Source of the DNA: Octopus sinensis
Taxonomy: Eukaryota
NCBI RefSeq assembly: GCF_006345805.1
Contig: NW_021825485.1
Location: 1-15,709 of the forward strand
DNA: 15,709 bases
Direction: 5' to 3'
The position numbers were made by a program, and so were the translations under genes. The notes below the pieces were generated by a model. That model was given only the letters and a program-made list of their open reading frames with translations, was not told the origin of the DNA and made no database searches. Positions 1 to 8,419 of the stretch are shown here, in pieces (the first letter of the stretch is position 1; the number at the start of each line of letters is the position of its first letter).

Positions 1-659
1 GAGAAAACCATAAAGTGGTGAAAGGTCCACAACAGATTAAAAATGGACTCTGATTAAAATAACTTTAATTCATGGAGTTTTGCGTTGCAATGTTTAAGAT
101 CGATTTAACGTAGAATAACAAAGTTAGCTACTTTAACAGTGTTTGGCAGAACTACCAGTTCGCTCTATTGCAGAACATCAAAACCACCACACAAGAGAAT
201 CTTAATGGAACATTTAGCTAGCATTGTTTTAAGAACAGCCATTTTTAGCTGTCTTTAAGGAACATTTAGCTCGGTTTATTCAAAACAATGTAAAATGACA
301 ACAACAACGAAATTCAAATAAATAAACTGAATTGCCATTTGCAGTAGAAATTTAAATAAAATGTTTTAAAACAACTGAGAAAAAAGTCAGAAATAAACGA
401 AATCTTTTAATATTTAAACAAAGATTATTTCATAATGAACGAAATAATACAAATGCTCGTATGTTCTGATTTATTGGTTTGTTTAGTGTTTGTTTGTTTG
501 TTTGTTTTCCGTTTGATTTGTTTTAATTATTTTTTTTTTATCTATATTTACTTTTTTTTTAATTTTTGTTTCTGTTTCTCTTTTCAGTTCGTAAAATTTA
601 ATTTCCAAAGATCTAGGTTAATTTACTAAAAAGATCAATATGGAGAACTCGGTATTTTC

Positions 660-950
660 CATTAGAGAGGAAAAGCAAAGGAGAAAGGAGGAAAGAAAGG
701 ACGAAAGAGAACAGAACAAAGAAAAAGGTAAATGAAGACGGTGAGGTGGGGGTGGGGTGGGGGTGGAGAAAGAGTAGATGAATGCAAAAAGGAAAAAAAA
801 ATGAAAAATGTAATAAAATAGAAAAGTAAATAAAAAAAAAGTACACTGAAGGAAAGAGACGAAAAGTGAGAAAGAAGGAAAAAATATGAAGAGATAAGGA
901 AAAGTACAATTGAAGAAGAAAACTATGTTGGTAGAGAGGAAGAAGTATTT
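660..950. repeat. Purine-rich (A/G) low-complexity tract
   Basis: The + strand is almost entirely A and G; the overlapping F/L/S-rich minus-strand ORF is a compositional artefact. Confidence 0.8.
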
Positions 951-982
951 GACCTGTTTATATGTTATACCTACCTATATAC

Positions 983-985
<3 letters not shown>

Positions 986-1019
<34 letters not shown>
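986..1019. repeat. (GT)n microsatellite
   Basis: Perfect GT dinucleotide run directly before a SINE head. Confidence 0.98.
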
Positions 1020-1020
<1 letters not shown>

Positions 1021-1335
1021 AGGCGCAATGGCCCAGTGGTTAGGGCAGCGGACTCGCGGTCGGAGGATCGCGGTTTCGATTCCCAGACCGGTTTGTTGTG
1101 TGTGTTTATTGAGCGAAAACACCTAAAAGTTCCACGACGCGCCGGCAGGGTGAGGGTGGCGCCCCCTGTTGAAGTCTTTCGCCACAAATTTCTCTCACTC
1201 TTTCTTCCTGTTTCTTGGGTAACGCTGCGATGGGCTGGCGTCCCGTCCAGCTGGGAGGAACACACATGCCATAGAAACCGGGAAGCCGGGCCCATGAGCC
1301 TGGCTAGGCTTGAAAAGGCGCATAAATAATTAATA
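1017..1335 (+). mobile_element. tRNA-derived SINE, family A head/body with an alternative 3' module (copy A1)
   Basis: Starts GTGGAGGCGCAATGGCCCAGTGGTTAGGGCAGCGGACTCGCGG, with a Pol III box A (TGGCCCAGTGG) and a box B-like GGTTTCGATTCC. Matches copies at 2105 and 12140 up to ~1215, then diverges into GCGATGGGCTGGCGTCCCGTCCAG...AGAAACCGGGAAGCCGGGCCCATGAGCC and an A/TA-rich tail. Confidence 0.9.
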
Positions 1336-1338
1336 AAA

Positions 1339-1344
1339 ATATAT

Positions 1345-1398
<54 letters not shown>
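1339..1398. repeat. (TA)n microsatellite
   Basis: Near-perfect TA run at the SINE tail. Confidence 0.97.
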
Positions 1399-1401
<3 letters not shown>

Positions 1402-1423
1402 TTCCTCATATTTGGTATTGTAA

Positions 1424-1623
1424 TTAGAATAAGTGTCTCATTGAATGCGAAGTCATAAAAATTAAGAAAATGGAAAGAGGATTTGATACGCCCTGTTGAA
1501 GAAACGAATAGTGGAAACATTTGTCGGTGCCATCGCGATTATAGCGACGGAGATACAGAGATGGAGGTTGTTGCGGATGACCAAGATATTCAGGAAAAGT
1601 GTCGGATGTGGTAGCAATACATT
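1424..1623 (-). CDS. Candidate (possibly terminal) coding exon of an unidentified host gene
   Basis: Minus strand shows branch point CTAAC + pyrimidine tract TCGTTTCACCTTACCT + TAG immediately before 1623. The phase-1 frame is open for 65 codons (xCIATTSDTFPEYLGHPQQPPSLYLRRYNRDGTDKCFHYSFLQQG...HLF*) to TAA at 1426-1424. Sequence is unique and more GC-rich than its flanks. No protein family recognised. Confidence 0.35.
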
Positions 1624-1694
1624 CTAAGGTAAGGTGAAACGAGTTAGTGTAAAAGATGAATTTATTGAACTGCTGTCTAGCGAGTCTGGTGACG

Positions 1695-1838
1695 TTTATT
1701 TTTTTATTTTATTTATTTTATCTAGTTTCAGCTCACGAGCTGTGGCCATGCTGGGGCACTGCCATTTGGTGTTGCTACATGATTTTACTTCACTAAGCAT
1801 TTCGTCCGGCATCCTAACAATTCTGCCAGCTCGCCGCC
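1695..1838 (-). mobile_element. Short chimeric retroposon: family B SINE head joined to a LINE-type 3' tail
   Basis: Minus strand reads GGCGGCGAGCTGGCAGAATTGTTAGGATGCCGGACGAAATGCTTAG (family B head), then TGTAGCAACACCAAATGGCAGTGCCCCAGCATGGCCACAGCTCGTGAGCTGAAACTAG and an A-rich tail. The tail resembles the LINE end at 6337-6390. Confidence 0.7.
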
Positions 1839-2104
1839 TTCTAGTATGTTTACTAATCCGTTAGTAAATAAGAGGAAAAAAATGGCTGCCGATAATAGGA
1901 AAGTACTAACAATTATTATGATCGAAAAGATAATTACTGATTTCAGCCCCTAATATTGGTTTTGACTTCGGTTCAAATTAAGTGTCTGAAAAAGGCATCG
2001 TTTCTGAAATTCAGAGAGTCGTGAAGAAGTCGAATCGTAGCCACGAGTGGCTCTCGGGTTGTTCTAAGCCTGGTTTGCTTTAATATCCATTGTAAATAGA
2101 GTAT

Positions 2105-2499
2105 CGTGGAGTCGCAATGGCCAAGTGGTTAGGGCAGCGGACTCGCGGTCATAGGATCGCGGTTTCGATTCCCAGACTGGGCGTTGTGAGTGTTTATTGA
2201 GCGAAAACGCCTAAAGCTCCACGAGGCTCCGGCAGGGGATGGTGGTGATCCCTGCTGTACTCTTTCACCACAACTTTCTCTCACTCTTACTTCCTGTTTC
2301 TGTTGTACCTGTATTTCGAAGGGCCGGCCTTGTCACTCTCTGTGTCACGCTGAATATCCCCGAGAACTACGTTAAGGGTACACGTGTCTGTGGAGTGCTC
2401 AGCCACTTACACGTTAATTTCACGTGCAGGCTGTTCCGTTGATTCGGATCAACCGGAACCCTCATCGTCGTAACCGACGGAGTGCTTCCACACACACAC
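2105..2499 (+). mobile_element. tRNA-derived SINE family A, full length (copy A2), 11-bp TSD
   Basis: Box A/box B head; roughly 96% identical by eye to 12140-12532; 3' hairpins GTTGAT-TCGG-ATCAAC and CGTCG-TAAC-CGACG; (CA)n tail; TSD AAATAGAGTAT at 2094-2104 and 2500-2510. Confidence 0.95.
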
Positions 2500-3563
2500 A
2501 AATAGAGTATTATGCAATGTAAATAAATTTGTAGGAAACGTAAGGGAGATAACAACAAAAATATTCATATGTAAAAAAAAAAAAAAATCAATCATTTAAA
2601 TACATTGCGAAGCATATATTGATCACTACGAAATTGCCAAAAATTATCCAGGAAGAAGAAACTAGACGAAAAATGAAGAAGAAATATAGGAATACCAATA
2701 AGCTCATTAGAAATGTTATAAGCAATTACGATTTTGAACAAAATATTTCTAGAAAGTATTTGTTCATAATCTGAAATTTTAACACCTCGTTTATTTATTT
2801 ATTTTGTTATTGACTTTAACTTTAATTGTAATTTTTATTCTTGAGGAATTTTAAAATAAAGCATTTTAAATAAATTAATTTAGTTTTTTATATAACCATC
2901 TATATTCTAATCGTGTCTTTTTATGAAAAGAAAAGAAAAATGAAAGAAATAGCAAACAAACTTTACAAATGTTAATTACTTCAACTGTTTTGTCGTCTTT
3001 TTGATAATACATTACATTTTTTCATTTATTTTATACATCTTAAGTTTGACAGAAAGAGACAGATTGTGTTTCTTATAGTTAGCTCAATAGCTTGTCTAAG
3101 CACCATTTGAAACCAGTTCAAAATGCTCCGAGAAACTCTGGTAGAAATAATTCGATATCTACTTGACTCTCTGAGTTAAAAAAAATAATAATTGCATTTC
3201 TATGCTAGCAATTTCAACTGAAACCGAAATAAAACGACAAATTACAAACCCAGAACAAACTGTTTTTAACATTATAATAATTGTTTACCTTGATCATTGG
3301 CCAACGATCAAAGTAAACTGTAACAAATAAGTATAACATAAGTACGCATACACAAAATGTTATGATGAAGATAGGTTTTATAACTTGAAGAGAGAAAGAT
3401 CACTGCTAAATGATCGCAGCGGAGTGGGTGTCACTAAAATAACACGGGGTGCTAAACTGGGCAGCGCATTAAGTCTATAACACCCTGAAACTGTTACGGT
3501 GATGTACTTGCATAGCAAGTGATCTGATCTGAGACCGTGTGCTGGAACGAAAACAATTGCAGC

Positions 3564-3810
3564 GTGGAAGGTGTTTATAAGCCATTTAAGAAACACACAA
3601 AAACTGTTAGATTCACTTCAACATTTAAATTTAATTTGTCAAAATATTTTCGTCGCTTTGAGACCGCGACCTGTTCACTGACAAAACTCCGTGCTGCATC
3701 TCAGGTCGCGGCCTCAAAGCGACGAAAATATTTTGACAAATTAAATTTAAATATTGAAGTGAATCTAACGGTTTTGTATGTTTCTTAAATGGCTTATAAA
3801 CACCTTCCAC
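3564..3810. repeat. Long foldback inverted repeat (110/109 bp arms, 28 bp spacer), probably an inverted terminal repeat of a truncated Penelope-like retroelement
   Basis: Arms 3564-3673 and 3702-3810 are reverse complements with 4 transitions and one 1-bp indel. No flanking TSD. The Penelope assignment is inferred from the embedded minimal hammerhead. Confidence 0.9.
3635..3685 (-). ncRNA. Putative minimal type I hammerhead ribozyme, G3-C8 core variant
   Basis: Minus strand UUUGUCA-GUGAACA-G-GUCGC(GGUCUCAAA)GCGAC-GAA-AAUAUU-U-UGACAAA: 7-bp helix I, core G3 U4 G5 A6 A7 C8 A9, extra G, 5-bp helix II, GAA, palindromic helix III, H17=U. Confidence 0.65.
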
Positions 3811-3889
3811 CCTAAACTGTGTATTGGTCATAATAATAATTGCTTTTAAAACACCAGAAATTTAGGTGGGTGTATGGTTTACAGTTCAT

Positions 3890-4012
3890 TATGCCAATCT
3901 CAATACGTGACGGATACTTTATTGAACCTGGAAGTATGAAAACCAAAGTTGACCTCAGCATTGTTTGAACTCAGATCATAAAGAGCCTGAACAAATACCA
4001 CAAGGGAGTTTT
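3890..4012 (-). mobile_element. Degraded family B SINE fragment
   Basis: Diverged match to the family B body (...ATACTTTATTGAACCTGGAAGTATGAAAACCAAAGTTGACCTCAGCATTGTTTGAACTCAG; TTTGAACTC is the reverse complement of box B). Confidence 0.65.
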
Positions 4013-4095
4013 CCAAAACTAAGATTCTTCTAATCCACCACCGGTTATTGATAACAATATGGGTTCTAATTTTAGCAGAAGGATCTATGATTTTA

Positions 4096-4258
4096 GGGAG
4101 ACGGAGTTAGTCGACATCAACCCCAGTATTCAACTGGTACTTGTTTTATCGACCAGGAAAGGATGAAAGATAAAGTCGACTTCAGTGGAATATAACCTTA
4201 ACACGTAAAGAACCGGAAGAAATGTCCAACGCACAAACGATCTCACCACCTTGCTACC
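4096..4258 (-). mobile_element. Old family B SINE copy
   Basis: AGTCGACATCAACCCCAGTATTCAACTGGTACTTGTTTTATCGACCAGGAAAGGATGAAAGATAAAGTCGAC matches the body of the copies at 12804-13220. Confidence 0.8.
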
Positions 4259-4527
4259 AATAATAATATAAAGATTAAAAAAGAGAGATGGGCTGACAAA
4301 ATAATTTGAGTCTTAAAGAAAATGCTTGTCAGTGTTCTTTAATTTCTGAGCTCAAATCTTAATTCCGTCGATATCAAATTTTACCTTCATCTTCCGGGTA
4401 GGGAGGCGATCGATAATATATAAAACCAGACGTAGGCTCTTAATGTAAACACGCCATCCTCACTGCATCTGTCAATTAGAAATCAATATGAAAATTAAAA
4501 GCAAAAATCTATCTTTTATCTTTTACA

Positions 4528-4663
4528 GGTTTCAGTCATTAGCCTGCGGCCATGCTGGGGCACCGCATTGAAGAACTTTTAGTCAAATGAATCGACTCCA
4601 GTACTTCTATTTTTAAAGACTGGTACTTATTCTATCAGGTTGTTTTTGCCGAACCGCTAAGTT
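4528..4663 (-). mobile_element. Family C SINE, 3' part
   Basis: GTTTCAGTCATTAGCCTGCGGCCATGCTGGGGCACCGC...TTTTGCCGAACCGCTAAG matches 15028-15128. Confidence 0.85.
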
Positions 4664-4915
4664 TTTTCCGTCCTTGTTTTAGTATACATTCGCTGCTTTC
4701 TTCCAAGGAATCTAATGCTCTTAGCTTAGTTTTTCCTTGGGACTAGCCAGATTGGAGCAATCTCAAGAATAATTGCGAGGATAATCTGGTTCTTGACTGA
4801 AGATAGAAAACTTTGAATGACCCGTCCTTGTTTTCTTTGATCGTCTACCTGGATGTTTTGTTGTCCCTTTTTGTATCACCTAGTTGTCCGGATGTCTTGC
4901 GTTCTTGTCCCATTT

Positions 4916-4917
<2 letters not shown>

Positions 4918-4977
<60 letters not shown>
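4918..4977. repeat. (TA)n microsatellite
   Basis: Perfect TA run; source of the YIYIYI ORFs. Confidence 0.98.
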
Positions 4978-4978
<1 letters not shown>

Positions 4979-5049
4979 CGGCGTACGTACACTTTGTTCT
5001 CTTATATGTAATACACAATTTATATTTATGTATGTATGTATGTTTATGT

Positions 5050-5580
5050 CAGGTCCCTTTCGAGTGCTACTGGTAACATGTAACCCAGTACAACCTGTTG
5101 CATGGTCGGGTCGTCGACGACTAAACCGGCAACCCCTCCAAGCTTTCTTAGTGAGGAGGATGTTTATTGGACACCCTGCAGGATGAAAAACAAAACCCGT
5201 CAAAGGGCGGATGAACTCTTGAGAGTCAACGGCCATCCAATAAATGTCTTAAGGCTGTATCATGCGCGGGGACATGGAAATAATCGGATTGAATACCCGA
5301 TCGCGCAGTTAAACCATTGGGAGTGAAGGACTCCTACTCTTTGTTAGGGCATCCTTCTAGGAGAAGGTAACTGGGATAACTCCGACATAAAACCTGCGGC
5401 TCAGTGGTTACTGATGATGTTGACTTGTTCTTCTTTTCGGATTATGGCTGCTGTTGCTTAGTGAGTGGGATTGACTCAGTGCACAGCCTTTCCTCACTTT
5501 AAAAAAATCTTCTTGCACAGGCATTGCACGATAACAACATTGATTAAGCTTCGCGCAATGACCATACTCGATAATGAGGG
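5050..5580 (+). mobile_element. Structured GC-richer island, possibly the 5' UTR remnant of an RTE-type LINE
   Basis: CpG-containing island with several hairpins (5157-5171/5236-5250; CCTTCT-AGG-AGAAGG at 5353-5367; palindrome GTCGTCGACGAC at 5110-5121). GGGCATCCTTCTAGGAGAAGGTAACT resembles, from memory, RTE 5' UTR motifs. No RT or endonuclease coding similarity seen. Confidence 0.3.
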
Positions 5581-5590
5581 GGCAGCCACC

Positions 5591-5773
5591 ATGTATGTAT
5601 GTATGTATGTATATAAGCGACAGGTTTCTTTCAGTTCCTCTCTACCAAATCCACTCACAAGACTTTGGTCTGTCCGAAGCTATAATAGAAGACATTTGAG
5701 CAATGTGTCACAGAGTGGGGCTGAACCTGAAACCATATAATTGGGAAGCAAGCTTCTTACCACACAGCCACGC
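5591..5773 (-). mobile_element. Family C SINE, 5' half (tRNA head) ending at its internal microsatellite
   Basis: Minus strand GCGTGGCTGTGTGGTAAGAAGCTTGCTTCCCAA...GGTTCAGCCCC (box A/box B). Matches 15235-15390. Ends in (ATGT)n. Confidence 0.88.
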
Positions 5774-6336
5774 TTGTAACGACAATTAAGAAAAAGTAAT
5801 AAATGGATTGTAGAGAAACCGAAAGGATAAATAAAACAAAAATAACAAGAATAATGGCTAAAACAGACATTTGCATAGACAGGTGTAATTCAAGCGTGCT
5901 CCAAGACTTGCCGTAAAAGAAGTAGAATGTATTAATTGCCGTTTAGGAGAGTCAAACAGAATTTTTTATATATAACTGAAGAATTTGCTTGAATGATTTA
6001 CAACCTGAATAGAAGTAGAGTATTTTAATTAGTACCTGATGCTATTAAGATCTCTATGACTGTCAGAACAAAGGTAGGAAGTTCCTCACGACAAAAGACC
6101 GGGTCCGAATTTTACAACAGAGTGGACTCTGTTAAAGTGATTAAAGGCGGCCGACGGCGGTGTTAAACCAAGTGACAAATCAACACCCATTGACAAGCAA
6201 GAGTGAGGGACATACACACACACACACACATACTTAAATATACATACATATATACAAATATATATATATATATATATATAACAAAGATGTAGGTATATCT
6301 TTGTTACTCATTATATCGCCACTATATATATATATA

Positions 6337-7030
6337 TTAGTTTCAGCTCAAAGCTGGGGCCATACTGGAGCATCGCCGTTTTGCTACACTGTTATTATTG
6401 AGAGCCTCCTCTAATATGTGGCATTTGGTGAATAAGAAAGTTTGATGTCACTACCCTCAATTGCACCTCTTGCCACGATGTAGGTTCATCTGGGACTCTC
6501 GACAGGAAGAGGTCTAGTTTTGATTTGAAAACACCTACATCCACTTAGACTCTTTGAAGTGCGATGGCATTGCCAGGATCTTTGGCACTGTGCAATGTTG
6601 ACCCGTTCTGGCATTTATGTAGCTTTCAATGCCAAAATTTGGCACAATTTCTTCCAGGATCTTCCATATGTGTATTACTGCACACCTCTCCCGCCTTCGC
6701 TCCAGGGAATAGAGTCTTAGCTGTTTCAGCCTTCTCCTGTAGCTGAGTTGTTGCAATGAGACGGTCTTCTTTGTGAAGCTTCGCTGGATTGCTTCAAGGT
6801 CGCTGTTAATTTTACACTGTGGGGTAACCATAGATGGGAGCAGTAATCCAGGAGACTGAGGACGAATGTCCTCCAGAGGACCATCATGGTTTCCTTTTCT
6901 CGAGATCTGAACGTTCTCAAGATCCAGCCAGCCAGTCGTCTGCACTTTGTCGCCATCCTGGTAATGTGCACTTCGAAAGAGGTATCATCACTCCTGTCGA
7001 TACCCAGGTCCCTCACTGATTTAGGCTTAC
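6337..7030 (-). pseudogene. 5'-truncated CR1/L2-group LINE: RT C-terminal region plus short 3' UTR
   Basis: VRDLGI...SFEVHI...GWILRTFRSR...LLDYCSHLWLP, then a 1-nt frameshift near 6800 into DLEAIQRSFTK...LSY..RLKQLRLYSLERRRER..I.IWKILEEIVPN, then after a deletion VFKSKLDLFLSRVPDEP...* (TAA at 6397-6395). These are typical CR1-group ORF2 C-terminal motifs. Confidence 0.92.
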
Positions 7031-7052
7031 ACTGTAAGTTTTATATTCAGTT

Positions 7053-7074
7053 ACACACACATGCACACACACAG

Positions 7075-7105
<31 letters not shown>

Positions 7106-7224
7106 TGTTATGTGTGTATATATAATATAGATATATATATATATATATATATGTTTTATGTAATATATTATATATATTATATATATATATATATGTTTAT
7201 GTATATATATATATATATATATAT
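7053..7224. repeat. Compound (AC)n/(TA)n microsatellite
   Basis: Direct reading of the sequence. Confidence 0.95.
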
Positions 7225-7599
7225 GATTGACTGTGTTGACTATTAGTAAATGTACATCTGCGCCGTACGTAATAAAGTTCAAATGACCGCTATCTGGGAT
7301 TGAAACATTGGACTCCGATTCACCTGGTTGACTTGCTGGCTAGCTAGATGGAATTTATTTTTTTTTTTTAGTTTACGGCTAATAAAAGATCTAAAAGCTA
7401 CAATGGATAAAAGGCAGTTGGATGTTAAAAAAAAAATTACAAGAACAATTGGATAAAGAAACAGAAGAAAATATTAACCAACGCTAAAACGGTAAAATGA
7501 AAAATGAAGAAGAAGAAAAAACAATCACAGAGTAGAGGACTAAAAAGAAACGAATGGAATAATGGTAAATAACAATAGGACATTTTTGGAAGAGTTCTT

Positions 7600-7650
7600 A
7601 GAGAGAAAGAGAGGAAGGGAGGGAGAGGGGGAGAGAGAGAGAGAGAGAGA
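7600..7650. repeat. (GA)n / purine tract
   Basis: Direct reading of the sequence. Confidence 0.9.
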
Positions 7651-7742
7651 CGTCTAAATATCGAAAAACCAAAATTAAGCGGACGGCATTAGCGACAGCT
7701 ACATAAATGTGGCTCGTCAGCTTAGTTAATGGACACTATAGT

Positions 7743-7793
7743 TCTTAGAATGAGCAACCATTTTTACACCCCTCACCTCTCCCTCTCTCTCTT

Positions 7794-7836
<43 letters not shown>

Positions 7837-8400
7837 CTCTCTCTCTTTCTCTCACATGCACACTCACACACATATATATTTATAAACATCCATATACGCA
7901 GTATGTACGCGCATACTCTCTTCTTCACTGACTTTTCTTTCTTAATTTTCGGTACCCTTTCACAAACTTATAACGCGCGCGTTTTCACACACACGCGCAC
8001 GCACATATACTCAGGCACATTGCATGCGTATGTATGCATGAGTGTATGTGTATATGTGTGTGTGTATATGTGTGTGCGCGTGTGTGTGTACCTCGCTTAA
8101 TCTTTCTCGTTCACGCACACAGACGTATATATATATACACACATGCACCGTTTGATCTTAGAATGAGCAAACAGCTTTCGTATTTCCTTCACCTCTCCCT
8201 CTCTCTTACCCTATCTCACCCTCTCTCTCTCTCTCTCTGTCTCTCCCTCTCTTTCTGTTTCTCTTTACTCAAAACCATTCACACATTTGTGCACACGCAC
8301 GCACTCACACACACGCGCACACACACACATACACACACACATACACACACAACACACATACACACACACACGCAACCACACATACACATACATAAATATA
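7743..8400. repeat. Old ~413 bp-period duplication embedded in CT/CA microsatellites
   Basis: Anchor TCTTAGAATGAGCAA at 7743-7757 and 8156-8170, each followed by CACCTCTCCCTCTCTCT and a CA-rich run. Confidence 0.65.
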
Positions 8401-8419
8401 CGGGTTTTTTGGCGTGATT

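Noticed and set aside
745-766. G-rich run GGTGGGGGTGGGGTGGGGGTGG as a G-quadruplex
   Set aside because: Only three tracts of at least 3 G; at best a weak two-tier or intermolecular G4, with no context to support function.
1017-1090. tRNA-like heads here and at 2105, 12140, 13937 and 15398 as tRNA genes
   Set aside because: They keep box A/B but have no complete acceptor stem or cloverleaf and continue into SINE bodies.
435-1329. ORFs 435-629, 613-909, 910-1329 and 975-1520
   Set aside because: Translations of low-complexity tracts, microsatellites and a SINE; no protein-like motifs.
2239-2442. Near-identical 67-aa ORFs at 2239 and 12274
   Set aside because: They arise from two copies of the same SINE, not from a duplicated gene.
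2604-2770. Possible minus-strand exon (TTTCAG acceptor, 55 open codons, weak GTATTT donor)
   Set aside because: Very AT-rich, the opposite strand is also open, the donor is weak and no family is recognisable; compatible with chance.
3537-3831. Two ORFs sharing VEGVYKPFKKHTK
   Set aside because: Consequence of the inverted repeat.
4668-4917. CTGAAGA at ~4798 with TCAAGA/TCTTGA and GCAAT/ATTGC stems, plus short direct repeats (CCGTCCTTGTTTT at 4668 and 4822), as a third hammerhead
   Set aside because: No helix II followed by GAAA in the correct order; the strands do not fit a hammerhead topology. Probably a repeat fragment, but unassignable from this window.
5045-5100. HDV-like ribozyme fit (CAGG/CCTG as P2, TACTGG/CCAGTA as P4)
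   Set aside because: No P1 helix or P1.1 GG could be placed.
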